Source: a bacterium
Lineage (GTDB): Bacteria > Zhuqueibacterota > Zhuqueibacteria > Residuimicrobiales > Krinioviventaceae
Assembly (NCBI GenBank): GCA_963693055.1
Contig: OY843751.1
Coordinates: 3,456,001 to 3,520,000 of the forward strand
DNA length: 64,000 nt
Direction of reading: 5' to 3'
Shown one piece after another: positions 1-9,788 of this stretch. The notes under the pieces were generated by a model. The model saw only the letters and a program-made list of their open reading frames with translations, was not told the DNA's origin and did not search any database. Within the stretch, counting starts at the first letter, position 1. Each line of letters starts with the position of its first letter. The translations under genes were made by a program, and so were the position numbers.

Positions 1-987
1 TCCCGGATAACACTGATGTCTGTTAATTCCTTTGGTTTTCAAAGGTTTTCCATTGAACAAGAGACCCTTATTAGCAGTAAACTCGAATGAACGAAATCCG
101 ATCTTTGTTTTCAATTGATCAATTAATTGATTGTTTTCAAACAATTCAACGTTGAGTAAATACAAGTTGGGTTGATCAGGCGACCATAACTTGACATTTT
201 TTACAATACTTTCAAGATTAGAGACAGCCCGTGTGAGCTCCGGTGGTATGGTAATGGATTGTTCAGAAACCGATTTTTCCTGCGCACCATCTAACACGGT
301 TGTGCGTACAAGAATGGTACGATACTCCTGGGAGGTATTACTCACTTTAACGGCAGTATTAATAACAGATTCTTTTTCGTTTACCACCGGTGTGGTTGCA
401 AACAGATCATATTTTTCAAGATAAACATCAGACAGGCTCTCAATCGTCACTTCGCGATAGATTCCACCATATACATTGTAATCCATGCGCCAGCGCCCGG
501 GTGGAATTTCGTCATTATGGATATTGTTTACCCGCACGGAGATCAGGTTTTCACTGTCCCAGTTTAAAACATCAGTCACATCAATCTCAATGGGCGTAAA
601 ACCGCTGTTGAACTTGCCCATATACTGCTCATTCACCCAAATCTCGGACTGATTACTTATTGCGCCAAAACAAATAAAAATTCTTCTACCCTTGTGTTCA
701 GCAGGTACCGTAAAATGTTTCCGATACCATGCATATCCACGATAATACCATCGAACATTATCAAATGAATCATCCGCATTATAGGAATGCGGAGTTTGGA
801 TTTTGATCCAGTGCGAATCCTTCCAGTCCCAATGACTGGCATTGTTTAACCCAACCCAGTCATCCTGTTCAAACAACCAGTCGTGATTAAAATCCATAAT
901 AATCCGGCCGTTATCCTGCTCCGCCAGGAGAGTACCGGTTAACAACAGTACAACAAACAGCAACTGCAAAATCACTAATCTTTTCAC
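1..987 (-). CDS. Glycoside hydrolase family 2 (beta-galactosidase/beta-glucuronidase-like), N-terminal part; runs off the window edge
   Basis: Not in the ORF track (no stop in window). Read by hand from GTG at 987 with GAGGTG RBS: signal peptide, FNHDWLF, YRGYAWYRKHF, WVNEQYMG..SGFTPIEIDVT, YGGIYREV, LWSPDQPNLY, IGFRSFEF..GLLFNGKPLKTKGINRHQ, all typical GH2 motifs. Confidence 0.9.
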   Translation of the reverse strand, partial: MKRLVILQLLFVVLLLTGTLLAEQDNGRIIMDFNHDWLFEQDDWVGLNNASHWDWKDSHWIKIQTPHSYNADDSFDNVRWYYRGYAWYRKHFTVPAEHKGRRIFICFGAISNQSEIWVNEQYMGKFNSGFTPIEIDVTDVLNWDSENLISVRVNNIHNDEIPPGRWRMDYNVYGGIYREVTIESLSDVYLEKYDLFATTPVVNEKESVINTAVKVSNTSQEYRTILVRTTVLDGAQEKSVSEQSITIPPELTRAVSNLESIVKNVKLWSPDQPNLYLLNVELFENNQLIDQLKTKIGFRSFEFTANKGLLFNGKPLKTKGINRHQCYPG

Positions 988-1024
988 GCCGCACCTCGGG
1001 TTTTATAAACAAAAAGTATAATGA

Positions 1025-1052
1025 AATATAGAATAATAATCTTGTAATTCAA
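1025..1052 (-). promoter_or_regulatory. Possible sigma70-type promoter of the GH2 gene
   Basis: Minus strand TTGAAT-N16-TATATT about 40 bp upstream of the GTG; AT-rich context makes chance matches likely. Confidence 0.3.
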
Positions 1053-1069
1053 TACTTAAAATATAGATC

Positions 1070-2053
1070 TTATTCTTTCACCAAACGAACAGACAGGCCG
1101 AATCCATTTTCATCATAGCTTCGTATAATATCATCATTCAAATAAGATAATTCACGCGTAAAAGCACTAACATTTGTGACTACATGTGTTGATGTCCAAT
1201 ATCTTGCTCCATAGTTCATTGAATAAAAGGCACCGTTAGCATCATATCGATACCCACCCCCACGGGCTCTAAAGCCACTTTCATTCGTGGCAGAAGTATT
1301 GGGCGTATTCCAATGCGATGTACCTTCTTCTTTTAATTTACCACCGTCATCGCAACGGCTGGCACCGGAACTATTTGCTTCTGCAGATGTCAGGCCTATA
1401 CTCATTTCAAGAACTTTATAATCATAGTCAGAAGGTACTCGCCAGCCTTCCGGTGCAAGATTACGCGGATCCACAACAGCATACCAGTTGTACATGGCGC
1501 CATAAACAGCAGCATTGTCGCTGTCATTATTATAATAACAATAAGCACCTGTACTGAGTGCTGACCACTCTGCATTATCTGTTACATGGGGAATTGGATC
1601 ACCATTACGATAGGTAGTAACTCGCAGATCTTCAGCCATCCACCATTTTTCACCAATCTTAACAGTTGCATATACATTACCATCCTGATCGGTCATGGTA
1701 CCGGTTTCGAGATAGTCCTGGGCAGTTACGCGTACCATAAAATTGCTGCCGGATATTCCGGGATTATCAGCATAAAAATCCCATACAATGTGTTTATTAG
1801 TACCTTTGCTGATAGCACTTCCCACATCTCCGCTTACACTGCTGCAATTCAGGTCCCAGGTTGAGCCACCATCATCAGACGCGGTCAGCGTTATATTCAT
1901 CAGATTCATATCATCTACATCATAATAGACATCCACAATCAAACTACCATCTGTTCGCTGTGAAAAACTAACATTCGAAATCACTGGTGCCTGCGCATAA
2001 AGCAGACCTGAACAAAAAACAAAAAGTAATATTATAATCTTTTTCATCATCAT
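1070..2053 (-). CDS. Secreted FISUMP (Fibrobacter succinogenes major paralogous, Fib_succ_major) domain protein with N-terminal Ig-like domain
   Basis: Signal peptide; TDQDGNVYATVKIGEKWWMAEDLR, YGAMYNWYAV, LAPEGWRVPS, NESGFRARGGG, YWTST, GLSVRLVKE. Confidence 0.9.
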   Translation of the reverse strand: MMMKKIIILLFVFCSGLLYAQAPVISNVSFSQRTDGSLIVDVYYDVDDMNLMNITLTASDDGGSTWDLNCSSVSGDVGSAISKGTNKHIVWDFYADNPGISGSNFMVRVTAQDYLETGTMTDQDGNVYATVKIGEKWWMAEDLRVTTYRNGDPIPHVTDNAEWSALSTGAYCYYNNDSDNAAVYGAMYNWYAVVDPRNLAPEGWRVPSDYDYKVLEMSIGLTSAEANSSGASRCDDGGKLKEEGTSHWNTPNTSATNESGFRARGGGYRYDANGAFYSMNYGARYWTSTHVVTNVSAFTRELSYLNDDIIRSYDENGFGLSVRLVKE

Positions 2054-2075
2054 TCCCTTTTTCTTTCATACCATA

Positions 2076-3068
2076 CTACTTAATCAAGAAGGCCTTTTGT
2101 GTTAACATTTGATTATTTGCTTTTAATATCACAAGGTACATTCCTGAAGGAAGCGAATTCCCTGCATCATCTTTACTGTCCCATTGAACATTATAACTTG
2201 AAGCGGATTGGGTACAATTTGACAATTCCCGTACTTTTCTTCCGTTTATATCATATACACTCAATTCAACCTGTGCTTGTTCGGCGAGTGTATAGCGTAT
2301 ATGGGTTTGTGGATTAAAGGGATTCGGATACAAGGGCAAAAGTTCTGTTGTTTCAGGTATCTCTGCAACTGTACTGCAAACAGTGCCGCATACATGCAGA
2401 TCACCGGAATAACTGACATCGGAAAGACGGTAAAACCAGGTTGTACCGGGTTGAGCGGACGTATCTCGAAAAGTATACTCTTTGGGACTGTCGATTGTTC
2501 CCCGCCCGGCAAGTTCAGAATGTGTTTCATAGGAAACAACAACCTGCCAATCAGGATTTGTAATATTCCTTGTACGCTCAAGAATAAATCCCAGGTTATT
2601 GGATTCTGTTTCAGTTCTCCACGAAACAACAATGGAACCTTGCTCCCGTGTTGCAGAAAAAGAAATCAGCTCTACCGGTAATGATGTATCAAAAGTAAAA
2701 TCCCATGTGTCGGAATAAGCACCGGTTCCGGCTACATTTACAGCACAAACCCGCCAATAGTAATTATTACTTGTGACCAATTCACCGGCATCATAGGTGG
2801 ATTCGTTTAAACCGGACTCGTTCACAACATATGAATCAAAATTAGATGCTAATGATACTTGCAGTATATAGCTTGAAGCATGATCAAGATCATTCCAGTC
2901 CAGAACGGATAAAGCGGTTCCGCTATGATTGGCCGGGGTGGATAAAACCGGTTGTGCCGGTGGTAATGATGTCAGAGAACCAGTCCCGGAATTACCATAA
3001 CCGGTATCTGCCAATACATTAATACCAGACAAAAAGACTAAAAATGCAAAATAAAACCATTTTGGCAT
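2076..3068 (-). CDS. Small secreted protein: FN3-like domain + LPVEL Ig-like domain + FlgD-like T9SS C-terminal sorting domain
   Basis: Start moved to ATG 3068 (GGAGG RBS, MPKWFYF signal peptide); YYWRVCAVN FN3 motif; SLPVELISFSA; YPNPFNPQTHIRY...LPSGMYLV. Confidence 0.8.
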   Translation of the reverse strand: MPKWFYFAFLVFLSGINVLADTGYGNSGTGSLTSLPPAQPVLSTPANHSGTALSVLDWNDLDHASSYILQVSLASNFDSYVVNESGLNESTYDAGELVTSNNYYWRVCAVNVAGTGAYSDTWDFTFDTSLPVELISFSATREQGSIVVSWRTETESNNLGFILERTRNITNPDWQVVVSYETHSELAGRGTIDSPKEYTFRDTSAQPGTTWFYRLSDVSYSGDLHVCGTVCSTVAEIPETTELLPLYPNPFNPQTHIRYTLAEQAQVELSVYDINGRKVRELSNCTQSASSYNVQWDSKDDAGNSLPSGMYLVILKANNQMLTQKAFLIK

Positions 3069-3445
3069 AGTGCCTCCCAATAAAATAAAAAAAGTAAAAA
3101 GATATAAAAAAATATTAATAATTTTTTTGCTACCCATAATCTTTGACAAATTAACCAAATTTAATCAAAAAAACAAAAATTATTATTTTCCAGTCACAAC
3201 TGAAAAAGATTCATTATAAAGATTCTGAATTGATTAAAGCACGGTGGGATATTTATAACTACTGACATCAACAAAGATTTTATTGGCTTATAAAAACCCC
3301 AAATTACAAGATATGAATAAAGAATAGTGATGCATTAAGAGCAAACACCCAGGCCTGTCCAAAGGCATTGCAGATTAGATGATACTGTGAAAATAATTGG
3401 GTATATTGTAAATTAAAAATTGGGATATTAATTATGAATTAAATC

Positions 3446-3538
3446 TTAATTTGTGATAAAATATAATCCCAGCTGGCTGAAAACATACCCTTTTAACCGG
3501 ATGGACCGCTTGTGATGGATTTTCGAATTGTAATTCAT
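3446..3538 (-). pseudogene. Truncated N-terminus of a REP-associated tyrosine transposase (RAYT, Y1/IS200-like HUH family)
   Basis: GGGGGA RBS then MNYNSKIHHKRSIRLKGYVFSQLGLYFITN*, matching the RAYT N-terminal consensus (H)RRSIRLxGYDYSxxGxYFITIC; stops before the HUH motif. Confidence 0.75.
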
Positions 3539-3605
3539 AATTCCCCCCTGATTACCATTTAAACCATTTTAAAATTATCCCCTAAAAGCATCATATTTGA
3601 TTTAT

Positions 3606-4760
3606 TTATTTCCACTGTTCATTTTGCTCTTTAACAATATCCATCACCTCCTGATATATCATCGATGGATCTTTTTGTAACAATTCATCAATTTTATCAG
3701 CGATATCTTTTGTACAGCTTTCTTTTAACACCAGTAATTTATCATATACATCTAAATTTTCTTTCGCATTGCTGGCCAGTGACCATTCAGCCGTACCTGC
3801 TGCTAAAAAAAGCGTCAATGCCTTTCGTTCCTCCAGATATTCAAGGTTTTGAACTACCATATTTAAATAAAAAGGATCACCGCTTGCTTTAAATGCACCC
3901 CAACACATGTCGTTCTGCTGGGGAGAGATATCCTGCGCTTTCAAAACTTCTTTGGGATTATCAGATATGTATATTATAGTTTCAACAAAATCAACAACCG
4001 TTGAATCGCAGCCATCACTTGTAGATTTCCATTCGGCTATCATCTCCTTATTCTGATAAAAACATTCTCCAAAGAAAAATAATAACGGGGGAATTGCACT
4101 TTCTTTGTTCAATGTTCCATTTTTGATGATATATAACAGGGCATCATCCACCATATCCGGATTCGGATTATTATAATATTCGCTGGTAAACCGATCGAAC
4201 CACTCGTCATTTTTTTCCTGGATGGATTTATGCGTCTGTATGCTTTCGGTTGGTGGATCGCCTTCAATCACCTCAAATGCCAGGTTCAAAGGAACATCAA
4301 TCCCCTTGTTTTTTTCATGGATTACAGCATTAACTTTATAGGCCCCAAACGGATCGTCTTCCTCGATCCTTATCACTATCTGTTGATCCATTAAATGCAT
4401 TTCGCTTGCGGGATTATCTTTCCAGACCAACAGGTCTTTGAAATCGCCATAAATCGAACCATCCGGTTTCAGAATTTGAATATCATAAGTCAGATATGCA
4501 TTGCCATTATCATCTTTGCTATCCGTTCCAAAAATAATAACGGGAAAGATATGGCCACCACGCTGAATTTTATCAGCACTGCTGACAACTGGTGGTTCTG
4601 GCTTTTGCCAATCCTCAAAAAACTGTTCATTGTCTATTAGGGCAAAAAATAGAAATAATCCATCTTTATCATAGGTCACATTAGAACGAGTTACAACATC
4701 TGTCACTGCATACAGATACGAAGTAAATAAAAATACAACACAAAACAATCTATTGAACAT
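3606..4760 (-). CDS. Secreted hypothetical protein (N-terminal Ig-like beta domain + C-terminal helical domain)
   Basis: 384-aa ORF, GGGGAG RBS, signal peptide; no family recognised. Confidence 0.7.
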   Translation of the reverse strand: MFNRLFCVVFLFTSYLYAVTDVVTRSNVTYDKDGLFLFFALIDNEQFFEDWQKPEPPVVSSADKIQRGGHIFPVIIFGTDSKDDNGNAYLTYDIQILKPDGSIYGDFKDLLVWKDNPASEMHLMDQQIVIRIEEDDPFGAYKVNAVIHEKNKGIDVPLNLAFEVIEGDPPTESIQTHKSIQEKNDEWFDRFTSEYYNNPNPDMVDDALLYIIKNGTLNKESAIPPLLFFFGECFYQNKEMIAEWKSTSDGCDSTVVDFVETIIYISDNPKEVLKAQDISPQQNDMCWGAFKASGDPFYLNMVVQNLEYLEERKALTLFLAAGTAEWSLASNAKENLDVYDKLLVLKESCTKDIADKIDELLQKDPSMIYQEVMDIVKEQNEQWK

Positions 4761-4817
4761 ATCTTTCTCCCCTGGGCAGAATATATTTATTAGTATTTAC
4801 CCATTTGTGTATAGTAA

Positions 4818-4841
4818 CTCCTCTCCCCTTGTTCAGAGGAG
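4818..4841. repeat. Inverted repeat / hairpin
   Basis: CTCCTCT-N10-AGAGGAG, perfect 7-bp stem in the 4761-4937 intergenic region. Confidence 0.5.
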
Positions 4842-4900
4842 ACCCAACAAAATCAATTTGCCTTAAATATGCAAGACAATATTACAGATTAGAAGTAAAT

Positions 4901-4930
4901 GTAAGGGTAGACTCGAAAGTCTCCCCCAAC
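4901..4930. repeat. Imperfect REP-like palindrome directly after the stop of the upstream gene
   Basis: GTAAGGGTAGACT-CGAA-AGTCTCCCCCAAC, a stem with 3 mismatches and GTA..AC ends. Confidence 0.4.
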
Positions 4931-4937
4931 ATACACA

Positions 4938-6776
4938 TTACTTTAACTCTTTTATCATCACATTGCGGTAATCCACGCCGGTACCATGGGATTGCATGCC
5001 GATATGCCCTTTGCGGGGACGCTCACTGAGCGGCAGATAGTCACCGTTAGCGATGGTGACCTCGTCCATGTTGGCAGAATTGATCTGTACGCCATTGAGC
5101 ATGATGGTTACTTGCGGGCCGTTGCAGGTGATCTCGTACACATTCCATTCGCTGGGAGGATTTGTATGTCCTTTCTCCGCGGCCACCTGGTAATAGATGC
5201 CGCCGGTATATTGCGCGGGTTTGAGATCATTGTATTTTTCCGCATTATCGTCCAACACCTGAATCTCCATACCCACATGCGCGGGATCACCTTTTTCAGG
5301 GTAACGGATACCTACACCACTGTTGCCTCCTTCGGGTATGCGCCATTCCAGGTGCAGCACAAAATTATCATATTCTTTTTTGGTAGTAAGCCAACCGCCT
5401 TTTTCCGCAATACAGGATAAAACTCCATTCTCATACTTCCAGGATTCGATCTTGCCATCCTTGGCATACCAGCCGGACAGGTCCTTGCCATTGAACAATG
5501 ATACAAAATCATCATCAGGTACCGGACTGCTGCTGACCAGATTTTCCGCTTCGTTCATATAAATCTCGGCGGTATTTTCTCCCAGGCTGGTGCGGGTGAT
5601 ATAATTATAGCGTTCAAAACTGTTAAAATCCACTTTGGCAATCATGTATCCAAAAGCGTCGTTGGTAAGTCCAAACAGCAACGGCTGTTTGGTATTCATG
5701 TGGCGTTTTACATAAAATCCCACATTGGGCAGGGCCTCACCGGGTATAGTAAGTACCTGTGCCGTACCAATATTCACCAGGTTCAGTGTTGTACTGATGG
5801 ATTTATCCTCAGACAATGCATACCCCAGCGGAGAGATTTGCAGTATCATTTGCATCATTTTCGACTCTATAGGAAAACGAATGGTTTTGGATGTACAATA
5901 CAATCCGGGATCATTTTGTACAGGTGCATTTTCCACAATGCGCAAAGCTTCGTCCGCCATGAGGTTACCAATGCGGATACATTCTTCCCAGGTATTGTTC
6001 TCTTTGCCGTCATCTCTACGAACATCCGCGGTTACCATGCCTCCCTGTGCACTGTTCATAAACAGGGCAATACCGCCGCCCTCTGCCTCAATGCGGTCAT
6101 ACATGGGTCCGCACAGATCGGGTGAAAGAATACCTCGTTCTGAGCCCAGCACCTCCGGGTGTGTGGCATAATTGATCAGCGTTGCAATGGGTTTGCCTGC
6201 GTTTGCGCCGTCTTTAGCAATGGCCTGTATCACACCCATACGGGGATCATAAAGCCGGGGTGCATATGCGTTAAAAGCAATTTTACCTTTGGCGTCATCA
6301 ACAGCAATTTTTAGAGATGCGGGTTCCAGATTGTTCACCGCCTCATTCACTGCATCTGCAATCTGCTTCACACACCAGTCCAGATACTCGAGGTCCGCAT
6401 GGTGCTGACCATTCTGGTCCGGAAATCCATACGCATCGGGAGCACTATGGGTATGTGTCACACCAATGATCACATTCTCCGGCGCAATATCTTTGATCAG
6501 TGCCCGGGATTTATCTCCCAATTTTGCGGGCCAGCCGAGATTATCAATGCTGACTATAGCAATCCGGGTTGTGCCGTCATCCAGCACCAACGCACGGGCA
6601 AACAAGTCTCCCTTTTTTTCAGTCACAGGATTAGGCGTACCTACACCACCGGAAACCGGCAGCAAAGGGTCAGGGGTTATGACACGCAAAGCCGCACCCG
6701 CCTTGAATGCTCCCGCCCAAACAGATGTTGACATTGCAAAAACGCAAAAGATGAATATGATTATAGATTTTTTCAT
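4938..6776 (-). CDS. Neutral/alkaline ceramidase-like amidohydrolase fused to a C-terminal DUF1080 (3-keto-disaccharide hydrolase-like) domain
   Basis: Start at ATG 6776 (GGAG RBS, signal peptide); DLFARALVL, VTHTHSAP, NYATHPE, IPGEA, GLTNDAFGY; then SLFNGKDLSGW, LEWR..GGNSGV, EIQVLD, GHIGMQSHG..V.YRN. Confidence 0.85.
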   Translation of the reverse strand: MKKSIIIFIFCVFAMSTSVWAGAFKAGAALRVITPDPLLPVSGGVGTPNPVTEKKGDLFARALVLDDGTTRIAIVSIDNLGWPAKLGDKSRALIKDIAPENVIIGVTHTHSAPDAYGFPDQNGQHHADLEYLDWCVKQIADAVNEAVNNLEPASLKIAVDDAKGKIAFNAYAPRLYDPRMGVIQAIAKDGANAGKPIATLINYATHPEVLGSERGILSPDLCGPMYDRIEAEGGGIALFMNSAQGGMVTADVRRDDGKENNTWEECIRIGNLMADEALRIVENAPVQNDPGLYCTSKTIRFPIESKMMQMILQISPLGYALSEDKSISTTLNLVNIGTAQVLTIPGEALPNVGFYVKRHMNTKQPLLFGLTNDAFGYMIAKVDFNSFERYNYITRTSLGENTAEIYMNEAENLVSSSPVPDDDFVSLFNGKDLSGWYAKDGKIESWKYENGVLSCIAEKGGWLTTKKEYDNFVLHLEWRIPEGGNSGVGIRYPEKGDPAHVGMEIQVLDDNAEKYNDLKPAQYTGGIYYQVAAEKGHTNPPSEWNVYEITCNGPQVTIMLNGVQINSANMDEVTIANGDYLPLSERPRKGHIGMQSHGTGVDYRNVMIKELK

Positions 6777-6791
6777 AAGATATACTCCCAA

Positions 6792-9773
6792 CTACTTTTT
6801 AAACTCTACTTTTTTCATGGCAATGATTTTGACAGGGCCCAACAATCCGGACGCCGGCAATGGGCTAAATCCATATTCCTGTACAGTGTCAGTCAGTGCA
6901 TTACCAAAACGCTTCTGTAGTTCCTGAGGAACCGGTGGAGATTTTTCCCACGTGGAAACTTTGTTTATGTTGGTATTGGTAACAAGAAATGTAAGATGGT
7001 TCTTTCCATTTTTCAAGAGACCTGTCACATCCAACTGCATCCCAGTCATCCAACAGGTTCCGGCATCCTTATCATTGACTTTTATGTCGGCTATGCTCCC
7101 CACCTTGCCAGTATCAAGGATTAAAACAACATCCTTTTGCAGGTACGTATCGGGTAAGGTAAAATCAATATCATACCTGCCGGTCCCGCTGAAATGACAG
7201 GTCAGGGAGTCATCAGTCCAGGATTTTAATACCGGCAGGTTCTGTTCTACTCGCTCGAAATCACTGCTTTCAAGTACCAGCTTCCATTCGCCGGAAATCA
7301 TAAATGGAGAAGGTACACTGTCTATTTCTTTTTTAACAAATTTCTGTCCACTGTTTTCAACTTTGGCGTAAAACATACCATTTTCTTTAGCAAGTGCAGA
7401 GACTGAATTTTTATCAACTGATACAATTTCATCAAAATTGGTTTCACTAACAAAAGATACGCCTTTATCGGGACCGAACACCAGTACAATAGATTCCCAG
7501 GGGGATAATTTCAGCGGAACTTTGATACCGTCTCGAGTTTCACTAAACTGGAAATAACGTTGTACAGAGCCGGTAAAAGGGTCCCAATCAAACACATCTT
7601 TATTATGGGTACGGAATGTTATAGGCACAGAACTGGGGGTGTTTTGCGTATTGGTGACAAAATAAACATCACAATCATCCACTTTGCGGTGGATAAATCC
7701 CAATCCATTATTCCGACGCAGTCCCTCTTGAGCGAAATCAATTCCAAAATCCGGTGCAATATGCGAACGGATGGTATTTACAAAAGGATCAAGCGGACTA
7801 CTGCGAAGGTCCCACCAGATCTTTCGATCAATGACATTTTTAATAAAATAGGCTTTACCTTTGCCATAATCTACTGTTCCCACCTCATCCCTGCGAAAAG
7901 GTTCTTTAAACATTTCAGAAATTATCTGCTGCACCTTTGCATCGTTTACCTCGTAATTGGTAAATCCGGTTGAACTGTCAGGTACACGATCACAGGCAAT
8001 CACCACACCACCACTTTTAACATAATCCTGAATACGTAAAAGTGTCTGTAATGGCAATGCTTTAATATTAGGTAACAGTAACACTTTGTATTTCATATTT
8101 CGAACACGAATCTGTCCGTTTTCAAATTTAGCGAAATTCTGCAGAGCGTCATCATTGATCAAATCAAAATCATATCCGTTTGAGACCAATAAAAATCCCA
8201 ATTCATCCCAGTCAAATTCACGTGTCCATTTACGGGGATTCAAAGCGTCCAAAGTCCATTGATTTGCCAGAGGCGAATACACTGCAATATCCGGGCTGAA
8301 ATCACCCTGTCTCAGCAGAAACGAGCAGCGTGCAATGTACTGAGAAAGTAGTGGATAATAGGGCCACATGAGATTAGACGGATTGAGCTGAACGGCCCAG
8401 CCTGTACGTCGTGAAGGCGCCAGGTTGCGGTCAGGTGAATAACAAAAGCCATGATTATAGAATTTTGTTGCTCCGGCACGTAAAAATCCGTCAGTAGCAA
8501 TTTTCAATTCTTCCAAAGTGGCACGATACCGTTCCCAATGCAGAAAAGTATAGGCCTCCAACGAAATGACATCCCGCCCATACAAGTGAGCACCAGAGGA
8601 AACATATTTTTTGGGTCCAATCCTATTATCGAACCAGCCCTGCGAATCCTTTTCACCAGGAGTAATTTCCATTTCCGGAATATGTGTTGCACCTGCTGCC
8701 TGCAGATTGTCTGTAGCAAAGCCATAGGTCTGCACCCGTCCTTTGATGCCATTATTCTCACACCAGGTCATAAAGGTTTCGAAAAACGTCTCCATCCCTA
8801 CATGATGCAAAAACTCATTCACATCATAACGGATCTTGGGTGAAATATCACCAACCTGCCACCATACAGCCGGTAAATACGGAACCAGATCGTAACCCTT
8901 GAATTCCTCAAATTTGCTCAACAGATTATCAGACCAGTATAAACCACTTGCCAGATTAGGCAGCTCAAAGCTGTCTGCAAAAAATGAATCTACTGTTTTT
9001 CCAAATTCATCACCAAATGCCTCTTTGAAACGATTACCCAGATCGTCACAATAGCGTTGCATTGCATCTTTGTTAAAATGATCTACCGCATTGGCATGAC
9101 CATTCTTTGCCAGCCAGAAGCACATAATCCGCCATCTTCCATCAGGAACCTGCCAGATCAGTTTGCCGTCTTTAACGTTATCTGTTATGACTGTCAGTGT
9201 GGGTTCCTGAATCACACTTTCTACAACTTTAGCGGCAACAACTGCAAGCAATTTTTCGGAACCGTTCAAATTGGTTTCGTACAATTCCCAGGAACGCTTG
9301 GTTTTCATCAAGGTATCGGGTAATACATCATTAAATTTAACAGGCCCCACAACATCTACAAATGTGGGTATAAGATCTTTGGAGTTATCATCCTCGGGGA
9401 CCCATTCACCACCAATAATCCATCCGGGACCGCCAAAATTGAACGATATTTCCATTCCTAACCGTTTGGCCTCCATAACAGCATGCCTTGCCATTTCCAG
9501 AAATTCCTCAGACATGTAGGGAATGTTGCCCTTTTCATAATAAGGCTGCATGGTAATCTGCTCCACACCCCGGATGCCTACACCGCGCATCTGTTCCAAC
9601 TCCCAGGTTATTTCTTTTTTGGTAACTGCATTTCCGGGCCACCACCAGCGCGTATGCGGCCAGCAATCCATGGGTGGATTCTTGAACTGCTCTTCTAACG
9701 CTTGCAGAGGTCTTGCCTCTATTGTTCCGGAAAGTATCCATAATACAACAAGCATAAAAATTGAGCGTTTCAT
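6792..9773 (-). CDS. GH106-like glycoside hydrolase (alpha-L-rhamnosidase family)
   Basis: PHTRWWWPGNAVTKKEITWELEQM..VGIRGVE, FFADSFE, VSSGAHLYGR, C-terminal beta-sandwich and SGLLGPVKI. Confidence 0.85.
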   Translation of the reverse strand: MKRSIFMLVVLWILSGTIEARPLQALEEQFKNPPMDCWPHTRWWWPGNAVTKKEITWELEQMRGVGIRGVEQITMQPYYEKGNIPYMSEEFLEMARHAVMEAKRLGMEISFNFGGPGWIIGGEWVPEDDNSKDLIPTFVDVVGPVKFNDVLPDTLMKTKRSWELYETNLNGSEKLLAVVAAKVVESVIQEPTLTVITDNVKDGKLIWQVPDGRWRIMCFWLAKNGHANAVDHFNKDAMQRYCDDLGNRFKEAFGDEFGKTVDSFFADSFELPNLASGLYWSDNLLSKFEEFKGYDLVPYLPAVWWQVGDISPKIRYDVNEFLHHVGMETFFETFMTWCENNGIKGRVQTYGFATDNLQAAGATHIPEMEITPGEKDSQGWFDNRIGPKKYVSSGAHLYGRDVISLEAYTFLHWERYRATLEELKIATDGFLRAGATKFYNHGFCYSPDRNLAPSRRTGWAVQLNPSNLMWPYYPLLSQYIARCSFLLRQGDFSPDIAVYSPLANQWTLDALNPRKWTREFDWDELGFLLVSNGYDFDLINDDALQNFAKFENGQIRVRNMKYKVLLLPNIKALPLQTLLRIQDYVKSGGVVIACDRVPDSSTGFTNYEVNDAKVQQIISEMFKEPFRRDEVGTVDYGKGKAYFIKNVIDRKIWWDLRSSPLDPFVNTIRSHIAPDFGIDFAQEGLRRNNGLGFIHRKVDDCDVYFVTNTQNTPSSVPITFRTHNKDVFDWDPFTGSVQRYFQFSETRDGIKVPLKLSPWESIVLVFGPDKGVSFVSETNFDEIVSVDKNSVSALAKENGMFYAKVENSGQKFVKKEIDSVPSPFMISGEWKLVLESSDFERVEQNLPVLKSWTDDSLTCHFSGTGRYDIDFTLPDTYLQKDVVLILDTGKVGSIADIKVNDKDAGTCWMTGMQLDVTGLLKNGKNHLTFLVTNTNINKVSTWEKSPPVPQELQKRFGNALTDTVQEYGFSPLPASGLLGPVKIIAMKKVEFKK

Positions 9774-9788
9774 GGTAGTAATGCTCCT

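Noticed and set aside
191-842. Short ORFs 191-424, 390-599 and 657-842
   Set aside because: Shadows or alternate frames of the GH2 gene at 1-987
1070-1230. FISUMP C-terminus as a diversity-generating retroelement variable region
   Set aside because: No reverse transcriptase and no second (template) copy seen in the window
3240-3432. Recurrent TGGG(A/T)(T)ATT words at about 3245, 3398 and 3421
   Set aside because: Short, irregularly spaced and in AT-rich DNA; not enough to call a binding-site array
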